A stretch of 32,000 nt of DNA. Origin: Methanobrevibacter sp. (lineage in GTDB: Archaea > Methanobacteriota > Methanobacteria > Methanobacteriales > Methanobacteriaceae). Shown one piece after another: positions 28,901 to 32,000 of this stretch. Below the pieces are notes generated by a model. It was not told the DNA's origin, ran no database searches, and saw only the letters and a program-made list of their open reading frames with translations. Within the stretch, counting starts at the first letter, position 1; every line of letters begins with the position of its first letter. The position numbers and the translations under genes are program-made. Where the stretch lies: contig JBJFGN010000018.1 of the NCBI GenBank assembly GCA_051892775.1, forward strand, positions 1-32,000, given 5' to 3'.

Positions 28901-30681
28901 TAGAAAAAAATCAAAGCATCCAGGTTATTGTTTCATGTAACGTAAATCAAAATATAAGTGATATATTAGGTAAAAATATTACTAATATTGCTAATTTAAC
29001 TTATACTTCAGCTAATAATAATGAAAATAGGACTTATATAAACTCTGATAATATTACGATCTCTATAGTTCTTGTAGATTTGGCTATTAATAAAACTGTT
29101 ATTTCACAAGGTCTTTATAATGGGGATGTTGTTTATAATATTACTATAAAAAATAATGGCCCTAATGTTGCCCATAATGTTATTGTTAAAGATATTATTC
29201 CTGATGGTTTAATATTTAAATCAATTAATACTGATTATTCTATTAATGGAAACATTATTAAATGGTTAGTTAATTCATTAAATCCTGGTGAATCTTTAAG
29301 TTTCATTCTTAGTGCTAAAATTAACATAACTGGAAATATAACAAATATTGTTAATGTTTTTGCTGATGAAAATGAAACTAATTTAACAAATAATGTTAAT
29401 AATGTGACTATAAATGTTCCCAACACTGTAGATTTATCTGTTGTTAAATCTTCTAATGTAAGTAGTGTTAATTATGGGGATTATATTAGTTATAATATTA
29501 TTGTATCTAATAATGGTCCGGATCTTGCTACTTGTGTTAATGTAATTGATGTTTTACCTAACGGTTTTATATTTGCATCATCTAATGCTAGTAAAGGTAA
29601 TTATAATTCAGTTACTGGTTTATGGATTATCGGTGATTTATCTTCAGGTGATAAAGTTGCTTTAACCATTGTTGTTAAAGTTAATTGTACTGGTAATGTT
29701 ACTAATTTTGTTAATGTTACTTCTAATGAGTTTGATTGGAATTTATCTAATAATAAAGATAATGTAACAGTTGAAATTCCTGAATCAGTTGATTTAATTG
29801 TTAACAAAACTATTGTCGATTCATTTAATAATACAATTATTTACCAAATAACAGTTAAAAACGATGGGCCTATTAATGCTACTTGTGTTAATGTAACTGA
29901 TATGGTATTATCTAAAAATCTTATTTATGTATCATCTAATGCTACAAAAGGCTATTATGATAATAATACAGGTATTTGGAATATTGGTGATTTAGAGTCT
30001 GGAGAAGCTGAAAATATTGTTATTGTTTTTAATATGACTATGGATGGGACTATCATAAACTTTGTTAATGTAAGTGGTAATGAATTTGATAGGAATATTT
30101 CTAATAATAAAGATAATGTAAGTTATCTTCCTATTGCCGATTTGGAAGTTAAAAAATTCTCTAATATAAAAATTATTAGTATTGGGGATAAAGTGGTCTA
30201 TACAATTGTTGTTATTAACCATGGTCCTAACACTGCAATAAATGCATGTGCAGTTGATAACTTGTCTAATAAACTTAGATTTATTAATTTTACTGCAACG
30301 AAAGGTATATATGATTTTAATACTGGCTATTGGTATATTGGTAATTTAAGTTCTAATGACATAGTAGTTTTAAATATAACATGTATTGCAGAAAAATCTG
30401 GAATTATTGATAATGTGGTTATTCTTAGTTCTAATACTATTGATAATAATACTAGTAATAATATTGCAGATTGTAATATCACTGTTAATGATAAAATAAA
30501 TCCTAATGGAAATTATTCTAAAAATATTTCACATATCAGTCAATATTCTAAAAGCATTTCACATATTGGTCAGAATTCAAATTTAATTTTTGTACAGAAA
30601 ACAGGAAACCCTTTAATTGTATTGATTTTGTCCTTAATCTGTTTATCTGGTTTAGGATTTAACTTAAAACGTAAAAAATAG
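22837..30681 (+). CDS. Giant secreted Asn/Thr-rich adhesin-like surface protein (DUF11-type and pilin-D2-like repeat modules, C-terminal LPXTG-like sorting signal)
   Basis: 2614 aa from ATG 22837. Signal peptide, S/N-rich linker, many Ig-like modules, C-terminal motif + TM + basic tail. One uninterrupted ORF of 7.8 kb in an AT-rich genome, where stop codons are frequent by chance. Confidence 0.9.
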   Translation: MKNSKKIFIFFMISILIFIFCGNVYAAELANDSSSLSNDDSIIVNCETSITNYNDNLINSSSNSNNHSNYLSNESSKDSNISSNFVGSAQENEISSKNSSANPSLIFINTSNGSYYPFVNETLNFALLFNNTGSQTGFQPVIRLILPPGCDEILSAEYLGFPLEHIKVGVFSAMNNYTLKDPYSRLDVVGAENSTFYVFKLPFGSYTNNQPAMTVNFTALLNGINVFDTLKLYATAEFIYGNDPLDNPDVDPQIVGNTVSADVKPVIVKLYKDSSLYEDETVTGPNFPFKYYVSINVANNVTIENLTIKDDIPSVLMFINNSKYPISLYYGNGTLIDPSLYTIEVIPNGNTTGGKIIVKLSNLTGTGYGDKDLLLSYWVYAPKYDNSTGELKEILTKDKTSLLVTNNVNITYVYDNNTFNQSDYDNVILKVMAIQKYSSSYEVKPNENVTYVIDFQLSDYFALNDFDVYDTVGYEWGNAQVINLNSIKLIIKNQTYYLNSSYYDFIPNEKTHDIIIIHVSKFLKDNNLSGCIGGYYNESSNGNPLEGSLSMTFRINDHYSNNKTLVARDYVKNVVFGNGTLLNTNIAINDSSYKEINILPMQFSKGIYAVDGIVINNNNTVNVRPGQNVTFILTLDVPFGNVNNLTVVDYFPIPFFNLENFNTTMVGIGTIPTANHWTFTNDTYFCKYLNGSFAYPIISINAAENTFTACAPGTIYNPLSSNDVAKILITVMATDEPMGDLLNLLNFAQLSYDNSLNVIYSNEVFINLITNEPNLIINKTVDNITVENNTILCYNITVKNIGHSTAYNITVKDDFIDLYKDLIRNGNVVNITACYGNGTKLDINANDLFGDGFKLSKLGYTNVSNNFTISYYVKFNENPNLGQDITNTANITSFYARNNATNFVNSGNQFEYSANASVKAKDLNFSKIYVGSNITGKDGVTIGENCTFNLTINLPDLIAKNLTINDTVYGLKYLGYNIVNENSVDYDMTINGSNTGIKSDIVIDIHKIIPTSSDDNLTIQLYFTPFDNESSIPLNNLNKTIVNTAVLTYRVNNKNVNIYKSDKLNVYQPKNLINKSFNITEVEGGDAVECVITVFNKGTSISYNTTIIDDLNELINRFIKDNSRDNIEFYLNGIPITENMTWVGNIAVFNLGNLTIGQKVNISFRFSIKKDVIINDTKYVNFANLTYYSMPDNTTNETRTYSSVNGASFYSNATIALINPTIEKILVDSLINGTHYNEYNEASIGEHVIYNIKVHLSNGTYNSITIVDNLPEGFEYIDGSAIFANGTPITDYGNISVNHDENNLKRYITLNFDNLLAQDVIRNNHGNFTINITVLVLNSSSNTMGVSKINNASLNWNNNGSASAKSNPVTIVEPILKINKKFNETNIEGNDNISFNITVGNKGNTPLFNITAIDNITKLTSDIASKDSITYDILLGDIDNVNVSIDYNTGLITIKVKQLNKNQNIVVRFYFKVKDDVLIGNSYLNIVNASGISVPTGEEFRIYSSSANDTIYTKNPTINKTVINSTVPNGKDNITIGENITYCIGANLATGEYNTIIINDTLPNGLRYVNGSVAIYKGETGDVLLNSDEYEVIVENNSIIIKFTNPSTTTKDLIDYYNSKFRVYLNATLLNISSNSANQSKINKAELTWNNLTTKANCTVNVVEPNIIISKNFNKTNNVQGNDSIKIISVVKNNGDSPLFNITVADNLTELLNRFIEDNDRSKIIIKINNQEVNNSVIWNGGVVNVLINQLNVGETANITYEFTLKNSTLINNIPYINNINVTAYSVPVENKEARVYFANSTAKFNLAKPSIDKTVINSSIDNGLNNVTIGEIITYGLNITLPIGNYTNMVINDVLPEGFKFINSSSIGGVTVNVNNGRFINIVVDSFNSNIYDNNLLIKINVLVLNNSSNIEGMVKVNNVNLTLNGDLISNSSAGVRIVEPDISINKTISGHNNDTKYNVNETVEYSIIIKNNGNSPGFNIKINDVLPDDLIYKSAYVNNNSWFVNYDASKKEILITGSYLEKNQSIQVIVSCNVNQNISDILGKNITNIANLTYTSANNNENRTYINSDNITISIVLVDLAINKTVISQGLYNGDVVYNITIKNNGPNVAHNVIVKDIIPDGLIFKSINTDYSINGNIIKWLVNSLNPGESLSFILSAKINITGNITNIVNVFADENETNLTNNVNNVTINVPNTVDLSVVKSSNVSSVNYGDYISYNIIVSNNGPDLATCVNVIDVLPNGFIFASSNASKGNYNSVTGLWIIGDLSSGDKVALTIVVKVNCTGNVTNFVNVTSNEFDWNLSNNKDNVTVEIPESVDLIVNKTIVDSFNNTIIYQITVKNDGPINATCVNVTDMVLSKNLIYVSSNATKGYYDNNTGIWNIGDLESGEAENIVIVFNMTMDGTIINFVNVSGNEFDRNISNNKDNVSYLPIADLEVKKFSNIKIISIGDKVVYTIVVINHGPNTAINACAVDNLSNKLRFINFTATKGIYDFNTGYWYIGNLSSNDIVVLNITCIAEKSGIIDNVVILSSNTIDNNTSNNIADCNITVNDKINPNGNYSKNISHISQYSKSISHIGQNSNLIFVQKTGNPLIVLILSLICLSGLGFNLKRKK
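25150..29073 (+). repeat. Alternating A/B domain-module array (A1-B1-A2-B2-A3-B3-A4-B4-A5), ~132-154 aa per module, ~280-305 aa per A+B period
   Basis: A modules start at 25150, 26038, 26953, 27826 and 28657 (EPNLIINKT / QPKNLINKS / EPILKINKK / EPNIIISKN / EPDISINKT). B modules start at 25597, 26491, 27379 and 28261 (DLNFSKIYV / NPTIEKILV / NPTINKTVI / KPSIDKTVI). The repeats are divergent at the DNA level and recognisable at the protein level. Confidence 0.8.
29074..30492 (+). repeat. Four tandem DUF11-type (conserved repeat domain) modules, ~115-120 aa each
   Basis: Modules start at 29074, 29428, 29788 and 30133 (VDLAINKT / VDLSVVKS / VDLIVNKT / ADLEVKKF). Each contains NNGP..A..V.V.D.LP.G, G.W.IG.L..G, and N.VNV...E.D.N.SNN. 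Confidence 0.85.
30514..30573 (+). repeat. Two tandem 30-nt units encoding YSKNISHISQ / YSKSISHIGQ
   Basis: tattctaaaaatatttcacatatcagtcaa (30514-30543) followed by tattctaaaagcatttcacatattggtcag (30544-30573). The units differ at a few positions. Confidence 0.85.
30592..30681 (+). other. C-terminal tripartite cell-wall-sorting-signal-like region: VQKTGN, hydrophobic segment, basic tail
   Basis: VQKTGN-PLIVLILSLICLSGLGF-NLKRKK-stop. This layout matches LPXTG + TM + positively charged tail of sortase substrates. Confidence 0.6.
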
Positions 30682-30709
30682 ATTCAATATTATTTATATA
30701 ATATATAAG

Positions 30710-30755
30710 TTTTTTTATTATAATACAATTAAATTTTCTTTTTCTTTTTTTTTTT
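30710..30755 (+). terminator. Oligo-T terminator region after the adhesin-like gene
   Basis: T7 (30710-30716) and T11 (30745-30755) in the convergent intergenic region. Confidence 0.45.
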
Positions 30756-30892
30756 AAAAGTAGATTTTAATTTTCTCATGATTGTTTTTATTTAATTTTT
30801 AAAATTATTAAATTTTTTATCCAATATTTTTGTTCATTTAATTTAATAATCGTTTATTTTAATTAAATAAAAATATAAAAGTATGAATTTAT

Positions 30893-32000
30893 TTATTCAT
30901 ACATGTCTTTTACTTCATTTTCTATTTTTTTCTTTGATTGTTTTAGTGCATACTGTACATCTAACATATCTATTTCATCTTTTTCTTCAGATAATGCATG
31001 GTGTAATGAAGTTTTGAGGATTTTTTGTTTTAAATCTCTTCCGGACATTCCCTTTGTTAATTTAACTATTTTTTCAATGTCAATATTGGCTTTAATTGGC
31101 ATGCTTTTAATATTTTTTTCAATAATTTCTTTTCTTTCTTTATCTGTTGGTAATTTAAATTCAATTTCTTCTTCAAATCTACTTCTTACTGCAAGATCTA
31201 AGAAATTAATATTGTTTGTAGCACCAATAGTTATTACTCCATCATTTGGATTTATACCGTCAAGTTCAGTTAATAAAGAGTTGACAATTTCGGAAACATC
31301 TCCTCTTAATGATTGGAATTGTCTATGTAATGCTATAGCATCAATTTCATCAATGAATATTATTGAAGGTGCATTTTTACTAGCATTTTCATATAATTCA
31401 TGTATTTGACGTGCACCATCACCTACATGATCTCCTATTAAACTTGTTGCTTTAACTAAATATAATGGAACATTAAGATTATTTGCCAATGCTTTAACAA
31501 GCATTGTTTTACCAGTACCTGGAAGTCCATAGAATAATATATTTTGCGGAGCCCATTGTCCAAATTTTTCAGGTGATTTTACATATCTTTCTACAATTTT
31601 TATTTTATTTTTAGCATTTTTTTGACCAATAATGTCTCCAAATTTAATATTAAATTTTTCAGGTCCTGTTTTTTTAGAAATTGTATTTAATGTATTGTCT
31701 ACTGTAATTTTTGTATCATTTGTAAGTATTGAATTATTAGGTTCTACTTGTGAAATTTTAAATGCATAATCTGGAATCATTTTTTGATCAAATAAATATG
31801 ATCCTGTTTTAAGTTCTAGGCCTAACCATTGTTCTTTTGCATATTCTTCAAATAATTTTTCATCTGAGATTTCTAATGGAATATTCTCTATCAAACTAAA
31901 TTTAAAAGGGTAGCCTACAGGTTCTAATTTTAATTTTTTAGCTGGAATTTCATCAATTGTAGGATTGGATATTATCTTGGAATTTTTGATTTTAATTTCT
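30893..32000 (-). CDS. AAA+ ATPase (single AAA module with CDC48-N-like N-terminal region), 5' end outside the window
   Basis: Walker A GLPGTGKT, Walker B IIFIDEIDA, and ATNNINFLDLAVRSRF (second region of homology). The reading frame stays open upstream of the ORF-track TTG (31894) to the window edge (...KLKLEPVGYPFKFSLIENIP...), so the gene is truncated here. Confidence 0.85.
   Translation of the reverse strand, partial: EIKIKNSKIISNPTIDEIPAKKLKLEPVGYPFKFSLIENIPLEISDEKLFEEYAKEQWLGLELKTGSYLFDQKMIPDYAFKISQVEPNNSILTNDTKITVDNTLNTISKKTGPEKFNIKFGDIIGQKNAKNKIKIVERYVKSPEKFGQWAPQNILFYGLPGTGKTMLVKALANNLNVPLYLVKATSLIGDHVGDGARQIHELYENASKNAPSIIFIDEIDAIALHRQFQSLRGDVSEIVNSLLTELDGINPNDGVITIGATNNINFLDLAVRSRFEEEIEFKLPTDKERKEIIEKNIKSMPIKANIDIEKIVKLTKGMSGRDLKQKILKTSLHHALSEEKDEIDMLDVQYALKQSKKKIENEVKDMYE

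Noticed and set aside
26808-30222. Antisense ORFs 26808-27083, 29235-29426, 29601-29807 and 29992-30222 inside the adhesin-like gene
   Set aside because: They are L/I/V/F-rich mirror translations of Asn/Thr-rich codons. None has an SD or any recognisable domain.
25150-30492. Periodic repeats inside the giant gene considered as a CRISPR-like or satellite array
   Set aside because: The periodicity is about 350-900 nt and is visible mainly at the protein level within one continuous ORF. There are no short identical direct repeats with unique spacers, so these are coding domain repeats.
30903-31409. 168-aa plus-strand ORF opposite the AAA+ ATPase gene
   Set aside because: The opposite strand encodes unambiguous Walker A, Walker B and SRH motifs. 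The plus-strand product is S/F/I-rich low complexity.

Overview
Very AT-rich chromosomal window from a methanogenic archaeon, most consistent with order Methanobacteriales (Methanobrevibacter/Methanosphaera-like). The taxonomic call rests on gene content: atwA, cofD/cofE, mfnA, an mptD-like gene, archaeal purO, GTP cyclohydrolase III, an MreB homologue and a giant Asn/Thr-rich adhesin-like protein. I support 23 protein-coding genes, one truncated at the right edge. I see no tRNA/rRNA, CRISPR array, transposase/integrase or prophage signature. Most genes are core functions: ribosomal protein L10e, PEP synthase, methanofuran/methanopterin/F420 cofactor genes, RNase HII, IMP cyclohydrolase, MCR activation component A2, and the tetrapyrrole entry genes sirC and hemA. 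Intergenic regions carry SD-like sites and oligo-T terminators. Several ORF-track starts look over-extended, and an internal ATG or TTG preceded by an SD is preferred. The most interesting content concerns the cell envelope. A sortase-family transpeptidase homologue (5171-5899, minus) lies next to a single-pass membrane protein with a CpaB/RcpC-like ectodomain (6035-7531, minus). About 17 kb away is a 2614-aa secreted protein (22837-30681) built from alternating DUF11-like and Gram-positive-pilin-D2-like modules plus four canonical DUF11 repeats. It ends in a tripartite LPXTG-like sorting signal: VQKTG, 17 hydrophobic residues, then NLKRKK. Together these look like a Gram-positive-style covalent surface-protein anchoring system in a (presumably pseudomurein-walled) archaeon; this is inference from sequence only. 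Other items worth a second look are an uncharacterised gene translationally coupled to mreB; an ExbB/ExbD stator pair with no TonB/TolA partner; a double Cys-rich CCxPxKPCPL plus UBA-like protein between atwA and sirC/hemA; a Dus-like TIM-barrel gene next to GTP cyclohydrolase III with an ambiguous start; and a repeated motif array upstream of ppsA.
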